This document shows positions 26,385-36,481 of a stretch of 64,000 bases of DNA, in pieces. Under the pieces are notes generated by a model that was not told the DNA's origin, ran no database searches, and worked only from the letters and a program-made list of their open reading frames with translations. Numbering within the stretch: the first letter of the stretch is position 1; every line of letters begins with the position of its first letter. The translations under genes and the position numbers were made by a program. The DNA lies in the NCBI GenBank assembly GCA_964434265.1, contig CAYSUK010000001.1:240391-304390 (forward strand), written 5' to 3'. This DNA comes from an uncultured Christensenella sp. Lineage in GTDB: Bacteria > Bacillota > Clostridia > Christensenellales > UBA1242.

Positions 26385-27029
26385 TTATTTTGTTTGAGCC
26401 ATAACTTCTTCTACAAAGTTATCCGATCTCTTTACAAGTCCCTCACCCATCTCATAACGTACAAAACGACGGATAGTGATTTTTTCACCGATAGTAAGGA
26501 TAGCTTCGTTTAGAAGAGCAGTGATAGTTTTGTCTGGGTCTTTTACATAAGTTTGGTCTAGAAGACAGTTTTCTTCATAGAACTTTTTGATACGACCTTC
26601 TACCATTCTTTCGATAATATTTTCTGGCTTGCCTTCATTTAGTGCTTGGTTGCGAAGGATTTCTTTCTCGTGTTCGAGTACGTCAGCAGGAACTTCGTCA
26701 CGGCTTACGTATTCTGGACGAGCAGCGGCAATTTGAAGTGCAACATTTTTGCAGAACTCTACAAATTTGTCTGATTTTGCTACGAAGTCTGTTTCGCAGT
26801 TTACTTCAAGCAAAACACCAATTTTGCCACCCATGTGGATATATGAAGTTACAAGACCTTCTGCAGCGATACGGTCCGCTTTCTTGGCTGCAGCAGCGAT
26901 ACCCTTTTCTCTTAGCCACTCAGTAGCTTTGTCTAGGTCGCCATCAGTAGCAACAAGTGCTTTTTTGCAGTCCATGATACCTGCATTGGTACGTTTTCTC
27001 AATTTTACAATATCGTCTGTTGTAAACAT
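26385..27029 (-). CDS. tsf: Elongation factor Ts
   Basis: 214 aa; [21 protein letters not shown]-like N-terminus; short Firmicutes-type EF-Ts. Confidence 0.96.
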   Translation of the reverse strand: MFTTDDIVKLRKRTNAGIMDCKKALVATDGDLDKATEWLREKGIAAAAKKADRIAAEGLVTSYIHMGGKIGVLLEVNCETDFVAKSDKFVEFCKNVALQIAAARPEYVSRDEVPADVLEHEKEILRNQALNEGKPENIIERMVEGRIKKFYEENCLLDQTYVKDPDKTITALLNEAILTIGEKITIRRFVRYEMGEGLVKRSDNFVEEVMAQTK

Positions 27030-27047
27030 ATATATTCTCCTTAAATA

Positions 27048-27812
27048 TTATTCTTCTACTGTTTCTGTTTCAGCGACAGCTTCTGTCTCTACAGCAGTTT
27101 CGGTGTCTTCTGTATTTAGTACAGGTGCAACACCTTCTTTGGCTTCGATTACAGCATTTGCCATTGCAGCAGCGATAAGTTGAACGGCTCTAATTGCGTC
27201 ATCATTGCCTGGGATAACATAATCTACTAGGTCTGGGTCACAGTTTGTGTCGATAAGTCCTACGATAGGAATGTTTAGAGAGCGAGCTTCTTGAACAGCG
27301 ATGTGCTCTTTCTTTGTGTCTACAATAAACATTACATCTGGAAGTTTGGTCATCTCTTTGATACCGCCAAGGTTCTTCTCAAGTTTGTCACGCTCAGCTT
27401 TAAGTTTGATTACTTCTTTCTTAGGAAGCAAGTTAAACTCTCCGACCTTTTCCATATTGTTTAGTTTGTTTAGACGCTCGATACGGCTACGGATAGTCTT
27501 AAAGTTTGTAAGTGTACCACCCAACCAACGTGAGTTGATGTAGTACATTCCACATCTTTTTGCCTCGTCTTCGATAGCTTTTTGAGCTTGTTTTTTAGTC
27601 CCTACAAATAGGATTGTTTTGCCTTGGCTAGCCATCTCTTTGATATAATCATAAGCTTTGTCTACCAAAACAGCTGTGTCTTCTAGATTGATGATATGAA
27701 TATCATTTCTAGCTGTGAAAATGTATGGAGCCATTTTTGGGTTCCATTTGCGAGTTTGGTGACCGAAGTGTACACCAGCCTCTAATAGTTGCTTCATTGA
27801 AATTACTGACAT
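27048..27812 (-). CDS. rpsB: 30S ribosomal protein S2
   Basis: Start trimmed from 27887 to ATG 27812 ([25 protein letters not shown]) with GGAGGA SD. Confidence 0.96.
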   Translation of the reverse strand: MSVISMKQLLEAGVHFGHQTRKWNPKMAPYIFTARNDIHIINLEDTAVLVDKAYDYIKEMASQGKTILFVGTKKQAQKAIEDEAKRCGMYYINSRWLGGTLTNFKTIRSRIERLNKLNNMEKVGEFNLLPKKEVIKLKAERDKLEKNLGGIKEMTKLPDVMFIVDTKKEHIAVQEARSLNIPIVGLIDTNCDPDLVDYVIPGNDDAIRAVQLIAAAMANAVIEAKEGVAPVLNTEDTETAVETEAVAETETVEE

Positions 27813-27937
27813 TTTTTCCTCCTTGTTTTTATTCCTCCCCAATCCTTTAAAACTCGTTTTGCCACCATACAGGCAACAGCAAAACAATAAGACGGGTGTG
27901 TAGTGTTTCTTTGAAACCGCATGTAGTTTAGCATATT

Positions 27938-27965
27938 ATTATAAATATTACAAGTATTTTTACAA
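27938..27965 (-). promoter_or_regulatory. Candidate rpsB promoter (TTGTAA-16-TATAAT), implying a ~125-nt leader
   Basis: -35 at 27960-27965, -10 at 27938-27943. Confidence 0.4.
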
Positions 27966-27986
27966 AACTTTATATTATATTTGCAC

Positions 27987-28012
27987 AAAAAAAAGATGGC
28001 ACACTTGCCACC
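27987..28012 (-). terminator. Rho-independent terminator after the DUF1292 gene
   Basis: GGUGGCA/UGCCAUC stem (one G-U), loop AGUG, then U8 on minus strand. Confidence 0.65.
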
Positions 28013-28024
28013 TTTAAAAACAAA

Positions 28025-28348
28025 TTATTCGTTGTCGATTTCGATGCCTTGTGCACGAAGAAGGTCATAGTATGCGTCAAAAACCTTATCGATGACCTTA
28101 TCGTCTTCTTCTAGTATCAAACAATCTTCGTCGTCTATCTCTTCGATTGCAAATACTACCGCTTCGTCTTCGCCTAGTCCGTCCCATTGTTCTACTGGTC
28201 TAAGTAGTACATATGTTTTGTCTTCAACTGGAATAACTGCGATTTGTTCGAACTCGTTTTCGTTGTTGTTTTCGTCGTAAAGAACGATGTTTTCGTCGTT
28301 TTTCTCATCAAGCAACATGTCTATTGGTGATAATTTTGTTTCTTTCAT
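28025..28348 (-). CDS. DUF1292-family acidic protein (YrzB-like)
   Basis: 107 aa, very acidic; ...NEFEQIAVIPVEDKTYVLLRPVE... pattern; follows ruvX as in Bacillus yrrK-yrzB. Confidence 0.8.
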   Translation of the reverse strand: MKETKLSPIDMLLDEKNDENIVLYDENNNENEFEQIAVIPVEDKTYVLLRPVEQWDGLGEDEAVVFAIEEIDDEDCLILEEDDKVIDKVFDAYYDLLRAQGIEIDNE

Positions 28349-28350
28349 AA

Positions 28351-28782
28351 TTACTCTCCTTTATGAGTATCAAGATACTCTTGTAAAATTATTGTCGATG
28401 CGAGTTTGTCGATGACCTTTTTGCGTTTGTCACGTCTTACTCCAGCATCTACAAGTATGTTTTCGGCACTGACCGATGTGAGTCTTTCGTCCATAAAGTC
28501 TACAGCAATCCCCGTCTTATCGACAAGTTTGCGAGCAAACTCACGAGTCGCTTGCACTCGTTCGCCTTCGCTCCCGTCCATATTTAGCGGAAGTCCAAAA
28601 ACGACTTTTTTGACCGACCTATCAGCAATGAGTTTTGCCAAATAGTCAAGGTCAAATTCTAGGTTTTTGCGAGTAAACGTCTCATACGGGCTAGCGATAA
28701 GTCTAGTCATATCACTAAACGATATGCCTATGCGAACTTCGCCATAATCAAGACCCATAATTTTGTACAGTGCTTTATCCAT
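28351..28782 (-). CDS. ruvX: Holliday-junction resolvase-like nuclease RuvX/YqgF
   Basis: IMGLDYGEVRIGISFSD N-terminal motif; start uncertain (GTG 28797, ATG 28782 or 28758). Confidence 0.85.
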   Translation of the reverse strand: MDKALYKIMGLDYGEVRIGISFSDMTRLIASPYETFTRKNLEFDLDYLAKLIADRSVKKVVFGLPLNMDGSEGERVQATREFARKLVDKTGIAVDFMDERLTSVSAENILVDAGVRRDKRKKVIDKLASTIILQEYLDTHKGE

Positions 28783-28828
28783 ACCATATAATAACACACT
28801 CCAACAATTTTACAAAAGGATTTTTTGA

Positions 28829-28966
28829 TTATTTTATTTTTTCGATTTGTTTTTTAACGGCTTTTTTGCCTTTCTCGACCATTTGCATAGCCTTGTCATT
28901 GTTTGACACAACAACTGCCCCCACCATTAGTCCTAGGGCAAAAAACATAATTGCACAGTCTTTCAT
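28829..28966 (-). CDS. Hypothetical 45-aa membrane peptide (below ORF-track cutoff)
   Basis: Own translation MKDCAIMFFALGLMVGAVVVSNNDKAMQMVEKGKKAVKKQIEKIK*; GGAGGAAG SD 4 nt before ATG 28966; one TM helix plus basic tail. Confidence 0.35.
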   Translation of the reverse strand: MKDCAIMFFALGLMVGAVVVSNNDKAMQMVEKGKKAVKKQIEKIK

Positions 28967-29013
28967 AACTTCCTCCTTTTTAGATATGTTGTGCAATTAA
29001 TGTAGAATTATGT

Positions 29014-29040
29014 AAAAAAGACAACCACTAGGTCGTCTTT
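29014..29040 (-). terminator. Rho-independent terminator after nifU
   Basis: 9-bp stem (29018-29026/29031-29039, one G-U on minus strand), then U-run. Confidence 0.6.
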
Positions 29041-29043
29041 AAA

Positions 29044-29757
29044 TTACAACTTCTTTATCTTTTTTGTAAGATTTAGAAATGTTTTGTTTAGTTTTTTAGC
29101 ATTTTCTTTCTTTGCTTTTTTCTCTGCTTTTTTATCGACAGGCGCTGATTCGTTTTCGTCAAAATCATGTACTTCGACTTTGATTACATCGACCGATTTA
29201 ACTTCCTTCTCAGCTTTTGCTTTTTTAAGCAAATTTAGACTACTATTCAAACTCTCAATATTTGCCTTTATATCGGCAGTTTTCTCAGTTTTTGTTTCTT
29301 CTACTTTTTCAGTAGAAACAGCTTTTGATTTTACTGAATTTTTAGCACTTGGCTTTTCTACTTTCTTTGGATTTTTAGCATCTCTTGCCTGCTTTTTACG
29401 ATACTTTGCAATTGCATCTTCGATTGCTTCTTTTGCAAGCACTGAGCAGTGGATTTTGTGAACTGGAAGTTCGCCTACTTCTTTGATAATAAGGTCATTA
29501 TCAAAGTTTAGGGCTTGTTCTACCGTCCAGCCTTTGATAAGTTCGGTCGCAATACTCGACGATACTATTGCTGCGGCACAACCAAATGTCTCAAAACTTG
29601 CATCTTCAATGACTTCGTTTTCATTGATTTTGAGATATATTTTCATAATATCTCCACAAGCAACATTTCCTACTTGTCCGATGGCATTTGCACCCTTGAG
29701 TTTGCCGACATTTTTAGGGTTTTTAAATATTTCCATTACTTTTTCATTGTATACCAT
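29044..29757 (-). CDS. nifU: Fe-S cluster scaffold NifU/IscU N-domain with ~110-aa Lys/Glu-rich C-terminal extension
   Basis: ATG 29757 with GGTGA SD; GNVACGD...FGCAAAI...IHCSVLA cysteine ligand pattern; tail is low-complexity K/E/A. Confidence 0.85.
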   Translation of the reverse strand: MVYNEKVMEIFKNPKNVGKLKGANAIGQVGNVACGDIMKIYLKINENEVIEDASFETFGCAAAIVSSSIATELIKGWTVEQALNFDNDLIIKEVGELPVHKIHCSVLAKEAIEDAIAKYRKKQARDAKNPKKVEKPSAKNSVKSKAVSTEKVEETKTEKTADIKANIESLNSSLNLLKKAKAEKEVKSVDVIKVEVHDFDENESAPVDKKAEKKAKKENAKKLNKTFLNLTKKIKKL

Positions 29758-29758
29758 A

Positions 29759-30937
29759 TTATTCACCTTTTACCTTTTTCTTCTTTAATGGGCTCATCGA
29801 ACGAAGACGTTTAACCACCTTGTCGAGTTTCTCTACGACATAGTCTACATCGGCCTTTGTGATATCAGCACCAAACGAAAATCTAATTGCACCATTGCTG
29901 TCTTCATGTGAAAGACCCATGGCTTTTAGAACGTGGCTCTTTTCAAGCGAACCAGATGCACAGGCAGAACCGGTCGATACCGCAATACCTTCTAGGTCAA
30001 GCAACATAAGTATGCTCTCGCCTTCGATAAAACGGAAAGATATGTTTACGATTCCTGGGGCTTTTTGATTTAGTTTGCCATTTATTTTGATATCAGGAAT
30101 GGTGTACTCAACCTTTTTAATAAAGTAATCAGTAATCGAGGCAAGTTTGCGGTTAACTTCTTTCATATCACGCATGGTAAGTTCGAGTGCTTTTCCAAAA
30201 CCAACAATTGCTGGAACATTTGTTGTACCGCCACGTTTGTTCATTTCTTGCTCGCCACCCATCATAAATTTCTTTATAGGGGTGCCAGTTCTGACATATA
30301 AAGCACCTACTCCCTTTGGCCCATGAATTTTGTGAGACGACATTGAAAGCAAATCAATATGCATATCAACGACATCAAATGGAAGTACTGACATTGCTTG
30401 TACAGCATCAGTGTGAAAATATGCTTTGTAGTCTTTTAGTATCTCACCAATTGCTTTGATGTTTTGAATTGTGCCCACTTCGTTGTTTACAGCCATAATA
30501 GACACAAGTGTAGTATCTGGTCTAAGTGCATGCAAAAGTTCTTCTACCGACACAAGACCTTCACCGTCTACAGGCAAATATGTCACTTCAAAACCCTCTC
30601 TTTCAAGGTCTGCACACGACTCCAAAATTGCATGGTGCTCAATTGATGACACAATAATATGTTTGCCACGACGAGCATTTGCATATGCGACTCCCTTTAT
30701 TGCCCAGTTGTCTGCTTCTGTTCCACCAGATGTGAAAAATATTTCGTTACGTTTTGCATTTATGCTTTTTGCAATAACGTCACGTGCATGGTCGACTGCC
30801 TTTGCCGCATCACGACCAAAACCATGAAGCGAGTTTGCATTGCCATAAGTCGATGTAAAATATGGCAACATTTCATTTACAACTTCGCCAGCTACTACTG
30901 TCGTTGCTGCATTGTCAAGATAAACTTTTCTATCCAT
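29759..30937 (-). CDS. nifS: Cysteine desulfurase (NifS type)
   Basis: 392 aa; [13 protein letters not shown]-lysine motif, SxGSACASG active-site loop. Confidence 0.93.
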   Translation of the reverse strand: MDRKVYLDNAATTVVAGEVVNEMLPYFTSTYGNANSLHGFGRDAAKAVDHARDVIAKSINAKRNEIFFTSGGTEADNWAIKGVAYANARRGKHIIVSSIEHHAILESCADLEREGFEVTYLPVDGEGLVSVEELLHALRPDTTLVSIMAVNNEVGTIQNIKAIGEILKDYKAYFHTDAVQAMSVLPFDVVDMHIDLLSMSSHKIHGPKGVGALYVRTGTPIKKFMMGGEQEMNKRGGTTNVPAIVGFGKALELTMRDMKEVNRKLASITDYFIKKVEYTIPDIKINGKLNQKAPGIVNISFRFIEGESILMLLDLEGIAVSTGSACASGSLEKSHVLKAMGLSHEDSNGAIRFSFGADITKADVDYVVEKLDKVVKRLRSMSPLKKKKVKGE

Positions 30938-31334
30938 AAATTTCTCCTTTTTCTATCATGTCTTGGAGTGTAATACTATCCAAAACATTGTTTAAACTAT
31001 CATATATAAATTTGAAAATACCTTTATTTGGGCATGCACTATTTGCACACTTGCCAGACTTTGCACAATCGGAAAACACCAAGTCCTTTTCCAAAACTCT
31101 TAGCACATCACCTATCGTGATGTCTGATGGTGATTTAGCAATCTCATAACCGCCTGTCGTGCCACGAGACGTCTTAACAAGCCCGCCACGTCGCATAATC
31201 CCTAGCACCTTTTCTAGATACGGCTGAGTCACCAGTGTCGCAGATGAAAGTTCTTTTAGCGACATTGTTCCATCACTCAGTGCAAGATGATACAATGCAT
31301 TTAGTCCATACCGACTTTTTGTTGATAATTTCAT
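30930..31334 (-). CDS. Rrf2-family transcriptional regulator (IscR/CymR-like)
   Basis: 134 aa; [19 protein letters not shown]-terminal wHTH; three Cys ([12 protein letters not shown]) consistent with a cluster-binding Rrf2. Confidence 0.85.
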   Translation of the reverse strand: MKLSTKSRYGLNALYHLALSDGTMSLKELSSATLVTQPYLEKVLGIMRRGGLVKTSRGTTGGYEIAKSPSDITIGDVLRVLEKDLVFSDCAKSGKCANSACPNKGIFKFIYDSLNNVLDSITLQDMIEKGEIYG

Positions 31335-31360
31335 AATCCCTACCTTTTTAGTCTGAATTT

Positions 31361-31389
31361 ATTTTATTATATATTGTTGATATTGTCAA
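31361..31389 (-). promoter_or_regulatory. Candidate promoter of the Rrf2-nifS-nifU operon (TTGACA-17-TAAAAT)
   Basis: -35 at 31384-31389, -10 at 31361-31366. Confidence 0.4.
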
Positions 31390-31412
31390 TAGTTATTTAA
31401 CAATAATTATTT

Positions 31413-31470
31413 AAAAAGTAAAAAACTCCCAACATTTTGGCTCAAATATGAGTCGCATGTTAGGAGTTTT
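31413..31470 (-). terminator. Long-stem terminator after the LRR giant gene
   Basis: 14-bp arms 31422-31435/31457-31470 (1 mismatch), inner CTCA/TGAG stem, U-run on minus strand. Confidence 0.65.
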
Positions 31471-31480
31471 TAGGATTATA

Positions 31481-34400
31481 TTATTTTTCTGACGTCTTCT
31501 TAATATAGTTTTTATAATATTCACAATTGCTCGACTTGATATAATTATCATAATACTTATCAGGCACATAGACAGAAAGTACCGTGCTGTTTTGTGGGAA
31601 AATGCGATAACTATAAGAAGAACTATAACCTACACTAGGTGGATTTTCCGATTGGAATGTGACAGATTGTAGCGTGCTTATATTAAAAGCACCGCCATAA
31701 ATATAAGTCACGTTACTAGGGATTGTGACACTTGTAAGTTTGGTACTAGCAAATGCACCTTCATATATAGTTTTGACTCCAGAGCCCAAACTCAATTTGG
31801 TTAGACTACTGCCATAAAATGCATATTTGCTGATACTTGTAACTCCAGATGGAATTGTTACACTTGTAAGATTTGTACCAGAAAAAGCATATTCGCCGAT
31901 AGTTTTTACTTTGTTTGGAATAGAAAACTTTTCAAGCTTATCGCAAGAACTAAAAGCACTATTTCCTATACTTTCTAGTTTTGGTGTACCACTAAATGAA
32001 ACCGTTTTTAAATTGTCGCAGTCATAAAATGCATAACCATCAATCCGTACAACGCTACTAGGAATAGTAACTGCAGTAATAGTGTCATTGTTGTAAAATG
32101 CACCGTATCTTATGCCATAGCTACCCGCAGGAATAGTAACCGATGTTGTTGTTCCGCTATAACTTATAATATACTTATTGTTGTCATTGCCTATTACATA
32201 GGTAAACCCACCACTATCAGTGACAATTGTTGTTGTTGAGGATTTGTTTACTATCTTTACTGCATAATATCCCACACAACCATTTGTCGAATAACTGTTG
32301 TTTATGGTCAGACTTGAAAGATTTAACACTTCAGCTAGTCGATAACAATAATCAAATGCATTATTTCCTATCGAAGTAACACCGGAAGGAATAACAATAG
32401 TTGTAATTTGTGAAAGGTATGCAAATGCGTACCCGCCTATGCTCACAAGCCTTGAGTTTGACCCAAACGAAACACTCTTCACACTATTACAATTGTAAAA
32501 AGCATTATTCCCTATTTTGGTGGTAGTGTAAGGAATAGCAAGTGAAGTAAGGTTTTTACAACCATAAAACGAATAGTTTCCTATAGTATTTAGGCCACTA
32601 GGGAATGTAACCGAAGTAATATTATAATTTTCATAAAACGCACCGCCACAAATACCATAGCATGAAGGTATAACAACTTCTTTTTCATTGCCATAATAAG
32701 CAACAATGTATTTGTTTCCATTATTTCCTACTATTGTTTCGTAGTCGCCTGATTTTTGAATAATACTGGAGCCACTTGTAACCAATCGTACGGCATTGTA
32801 CGCGACAAGTCCATTTTCTGTACTACCCATAGTTAGACTTAGATTTGAATAGTTTATGACTTCAGCCAATCTGTAGCAACCGGAAAATGCCGACTCGCCT
32901 ATTTCTTCAAGTCCAGAAGGAAGAAGAATAGATGTAAGATTTCTACAATAAGCAAATGCATAATTACTTATGGTAGAGAGTTTGCTTGTTGAAGCAATGT
33001 CTATATTATGTAGATTATGACAAGATGAAAATGCTGACCTACCAATAGATTCTACACTAACAGCAATTTGTATAGTTGTTAAATTGCCACAATCATAAAA
33101 AGCACTACTACCAATATACTTGACTCCGTTTGATATTGTGAGATTTTTTATACTATCACGATCATTAAAAGCACTTTCACCTATTCCAACCACATTACCA
33201 GGAATAGTGACATCTGAAGTTATACTACCTTGATAAAAGGCATAAGGTTTGATATAGTATGAGCGATTTGTAGGAAGAAGGAATGATCCTTCATATTGAC
33301 CACATAGATAGGTCTTTCCATCATCGCCTACTATATATTTGTAGTCTCCAACACTTTCGACTATACTTTTTCCAGAATTTACAGACCTAACAACATAAGA
33401 AGAAGTTATTTCCAAACTTGATTTGTTTATTATTTCTGCAAGACGATAACAATCTCTTAAAGCCCAAGACCCAAGACTTGTAAGAGTGCTTGGCAATGTG
33501 ATGCTTGTGAGCCTATAACAACTATAAAAAGCATTGTCACCTATAGAAGTAGTTCCTTCAGGAATAATTATACTAGTTATGTAATTACAATAACAAAATG
33601 CATTACTCCCAATACTTTGTAAAGATGTATTATTTCCAAAAACAACATTTGACAAGTCGTAACAATTATAGAATGCCGATGATCCAATAGTCCCTATAGT
33701 ACAATTATCAGCAAATGTGAGTGTGGTCATATTGCCACATGCCCCAAAAGCCGAAATACCAATAGTATCAATCGTGGAATTATTTGCAAATGTTACAGTC
33801 TCTAACTCATAGCAATTATAAAAAGCATAAGATCCAATACTGGTTATGTCCGAATTCGCACTAAAGGAAACTGATTTTAGTCCATTATAGCAATATGCAA
33901 AAGCATAGTCAGAAATAGATTGTAATTTTGCTGAGAAATGCAAATTGCCTGAGAGTTTGCAATGATAAAAGGCATAAGTTCCGACCGAATCGAGATACAT
34001 ATCGTCATTTATTGTTATGTAATAAGTAATAGAATCATTATAGTATTTATCTAGCGTCTTGTAAAAAGCCTTTTGCCCTATACTCTTAAGGCTTGATGGC
34101 AATTGTATTGTAAGATATCGCGCACATTCGCTAAAAGCAAAATCGCCTATTTCTTTAAGGGCAGCCGTCCCCTTAAATGTGACTGTACCTAATTTCTCAC
34201 AGTTTGCAAAAGCATAATTTCCGATGCTATTAAGCACACTTCCACTTGCAATAGTAACACTTGCAAGATTTTCAAAACCACTAAATGCATAATCCGAAAG
34301 CGAAGTGACATACTTAGGTATGTTTATCGTAGTAAGGAAGGTATATGGCTTTATCCAATCAAGACTGGTAAGTTGTGAATTGTCTGGAATAATTATTTCG

Positions 34401-36481
34401 GTGAGAGCATCACAATTTGAAAAAGCATTGTCGCCAATATCTACAAGGCTACTTGGAATTGTTATACCAGGCAAACTTACACAACCATAAAGAGCCCTAC
34501 TGCCCAATTTATTAAGTTTGCTATTTGATGCAAAAGAAATATTTGCAAGACTTGTACAACCATTAAATGCATCAGCGCCTATTGTTTGTACACTGCTTGG
34601 AATGGTTATGCCAGTCAGTGCCGTACAATATGAAAAAGCATTATTGTCAAATGAACTTATTGCACAATTTGTACCAAATTTGACCGTACTTAGGTTTGTA
34701 CAATATAAAAATGTATTTGAAGATATCGCTTGCAAAACTGAATTTGCAACAACTTCAAAAGTTTTTAGTTGGTTACAATTATAGAAAGAATACGACTTAA
34801 TAGTTTTGACTGTCTTTGGAATTATTATGTTTTCCAATGCAGTACAATCTTTAAAAGCGTACTCTGATATAGTTTCCAGTTTTGAATTTGACGCAAAGTT
34901 TAGTGTTGTGAGTCCGCGACAATTTGCAAAAGTGTATGGTTCGATTTTGTTAAGTTTTGCATCTTCTACCATCGAAAATGTTTGAAGGCTGTTACAGTTA
35001 TAAAATGAGTACGCATACATATTTTCTACATTTTTAGGAATGGTGATTCTTTGCAATGAATTACAATAACCAAATGCATACTCACCTATACTTTTAAGGT
35101 CAGAATTGGTCGCAAACTCAACACTTGACAGTCTCGTACAATTATAGAAAGCGTAAGCACCGATATTTTGCACACCGCCAGCCACATTGATATTTGTCAG
35201 GCTAGCACAATTTGCAAATGCATATTCATCTATATTTGTAACACCTGTTGGAAAAGATATCGACGTAACAGTCGAACCATTGAAGGCATTATTTTTTATG
35301 CGATAGACATTATCTGTAGGCAAAGCAAGTTCGTATTGATTTCCCATATACCCAATCAAATATGTCTCGTTGTTGTCGCCTACTACATAATAATAATCGC
35401 CATTTTTTTCTATCTCGCTCCAATCAATCTCAGATATACGCACAGCATATTTGGCAATTTTGCCGTATGCATCGCTTCCTAGCGACAAATCAAGCTCGGA
35501 CAGATTTAATATTTCACTCAAATGATAACATTGGGTAAAAGCATTATCCGAAACAACCGAGACACTGGCAGGTACAGTAAAACTCATAAGTTTTTTGCAA
35601 TTATAAAACGACCTATTGCCTATACTTTGTAGTTTGGAATCAGGCGAAAACCACACGCTTTCGATAGTGTTGTTATTTGCAAATGCATTGTCGGCAATAC
35701 TTTTTATTATATATCTCGAACCTTCTATATTTGCGAATGCAGGGACAGAAATTTCACTGCCAACAAATGAATCATCAATACCCGTCAATATTGCACTATT
35801 TTTATCATCTGAAAGTGTATATGTAAGTGAAGATGTATAACTTATTGGCGTAGTCATAGTATCAAAGTATGGTTTGAAGTCTGTAACTGTCTTGAGTCTA
35901 TTTAGACGAGATGCACTATTTATCATCTTTCCAGTAAGTTGGATACCTATTTTTTGACCTTCTACTTCTTCGGGCAATTCGTCAGCGAATGTTATTGTCA
36001 AAGCAAACGTGATAGTCATGTCTTTAGTGTTTGAAGGCAATGTATACATCAAGGTATTGTCAAGTGCATCAACCAAATACAAACATCCGTCTTGCACAAC
36101 AAGCACCGCTGTCGTCAATTTTACCTTATTGATTGTTACTTCAAAAGTAGTTCCGTCTTCATATCCTGAAAGATAATCAACATAACTATCAAGATTTTCA
36201 AGATCAAATCTAAATATTCCCTTTGAATCGTCTTGGCTATCAGAATTAACTTTGAATGAGATGTACACATCTCTTTTATCACCGGCTTCGATTGTTATGT
36301 CGTTATTTTTAGTGGAAGCCAATCCGGTCAATCCGTCATATACTATGTTTGCGTTTATGTGGAAAAAATCATCTTCTTTTGGTTCGACAAAAAACAAAAA
36401 AACAACAGCTACGACTGCTATTATCGCCATCACTAAAAATATTAAAAAACTGTTTGATCTTGTTCTATATCTCATAAGCAC
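31481..36481 (-). CDS. Giant BspA-type leucine-rich-repeat surface protein (1666 aa) with N-terminal membrane anchor
   Basis: Dozens of ~23-aa repeats (IP.sV.sIG.yAF..C..L..I.f); N-terminal TM helix; no SD seen; start GTG 36481 or ATG 36475. Confidence 0.85.
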   Translation of the reverse strand: MLMRYRTRSNSFLIFLVMAIIAVVAVVFLFFVEPKEDDFFHINANIVYDGLTGLASTKNNDITIEAGDKRDVYISFKVNSDSQDDSKGIFRFDLENLDSYVDYLSGYEDGTTFEVTINKVKLTTAVLVVQDGCLYLVDALDNTLMYTLPSNTKDMTITFALTITFADELPEEVEGQKIGIQLTGKMINSASRLNRLKTVTDFKPYFDTMTTPISYTSSLTYTLSDDKNSAILTGIDDSFVGSEISVPAFANIEGSRYIIKSIADNAFANNNTIESVWFSPDSKLQSIGNRSFYNCKKLMSFTVPASVSVVSDNAFTQCYHLSEILNLSELDLSLGSDAYGKIAKYAVRISEIDWSEIEKNGDYYYVVGDNNETYLIGYMGNQYELALPTDNVYRIKNNAFNGSTVTSISFPTGVTNIDEYAFANCASLTNINVAGGVQNIGAYAFYNCTRLSSVEFATNSDLKSIGEYAFGYCNSLQRITIPKNVENMYAYSFYNCNSLQTFSMVEDAKLNKIEPYTFANCRGLTTLNFASNSKLETISEYAFKDCTALENIIIPKTVKTIKSYSFYNCNQLKTFEVVANSVLQAISSNTFLYCTNLSTVKFGTNCAISSFDNNAFSYCTALTGITIPSSVQTIGADAFNGCTSLANISFASNSKLNKLGSRALYGCVSLPGITIPSSLVDIGDNAFSNCDALTEIIIPDNSQLTSLDWIKPYTFLTTINIPKYVTSLSDYAFSGFENLASVTIASGSVLNSIGNYAFANCEKLGTVTFKGTAALKEIGDFAFSECARYLTIQLPSSLKSIGQKAFYKTLDKYYNDSITYYITINDDMYLDSVGTYAFYHCKLSGNLHFSAKLQSISDYAFAYCYNGLKSVSFSANSDITSIGSYAFYNCYELETVTFANNSTIDTIGISAFGACGNMTTLTFADNCTIGTIGSSAFYNCYDLSNVVFGNNTSLQSIGSNAFCYCNYITSIIIPEGTTSIGDNAFYSCYRLTSITLPSTLTSLGSWALRDCYRLAEIINKSSLEITSSYVVRSVNSGKSIVESVGDYKYIVGDDGKTYLCGQYEGSFLLPTNRSYYIKPYAFYQGSITSDVTIPGNVVGIGESAFNDRDSIKNLTISNGVKYIGSSAFYDCGNLTTIQIAVSVESIGRSAFSSCHNLHNIDIASTSKLSTISNYAFAYCRNLTSILLPSGLEEIGESAFSGCYRLAEVINYSNLSLTMGSTENGLVAYNAVRLVTSGSSIIQKSGDYETIVGNNGNKYIVAYYGNEKEVVIPSCYGICGGAFYENYNITSVTFPSGLNTIGNYSFYGCKNLTSLAIPYTTTKIGNNAFYNCNSVKSVSFGSNSRLVSIGGYAFAYLSQITTIVIPSGVTSIGNNAFDYCYRLAEVLNLSSLTINNSYSTNGCVGYYAVKIVNKSSTTTIVTDSGGFTYVIGNDNNKYIISYSGTTTSVTIPAGSYGIRYGAFYNNDTITAVTIPSSVVRIDGYAFYDCDNLKTVSFSGTPKLESIGNSAFSSCDKLEKFSIPNKVKTIGEYAFSGTNLTSVTIPSGVTSISKYAFYGSSLTKLSLGSGVKTIYEGAFASTKLTSVTIPSNVTYIYGGAFNISTLQSVTFQSENPPSVGYSSSYSYRIFPQNSTVLSVYVPDKYYDNYIKSSNCEYYKNYIKKTSEK

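Noticed and set aside
26149-26397. 82-aa + strand ORF in the tsf-DGR spacer
   Set aside because: It runs across two terminator hairpins and into the tsf stop region, has no SD, and its composition is that of intergenic DNA.
27813-27887. N-terminal extensions in the ORF track for several genes (rpsB 27887, hslU 40272, rplS 47412, trmD 50146, ylxM 52943, rnc 58294, plsX 59342, pta 63604, spoIIIAB 8505, spoIIIAC 7959, frr 22068)
   Set aside because: In each case a downstream ATG has a canonical SD at proper spacing and matches the conserved N-terminus of the family. The upstream extension overlaps the preceding gene or lacks an SD.
31481-36481. Periodic DNA repeats inside the LRR gene considered as CRISPR or tandem-repeat array
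   Set aside because: The repeats are in-frame, divergent at the DNA level and have no constant repeat/spacer structure. They are protein LRR units.
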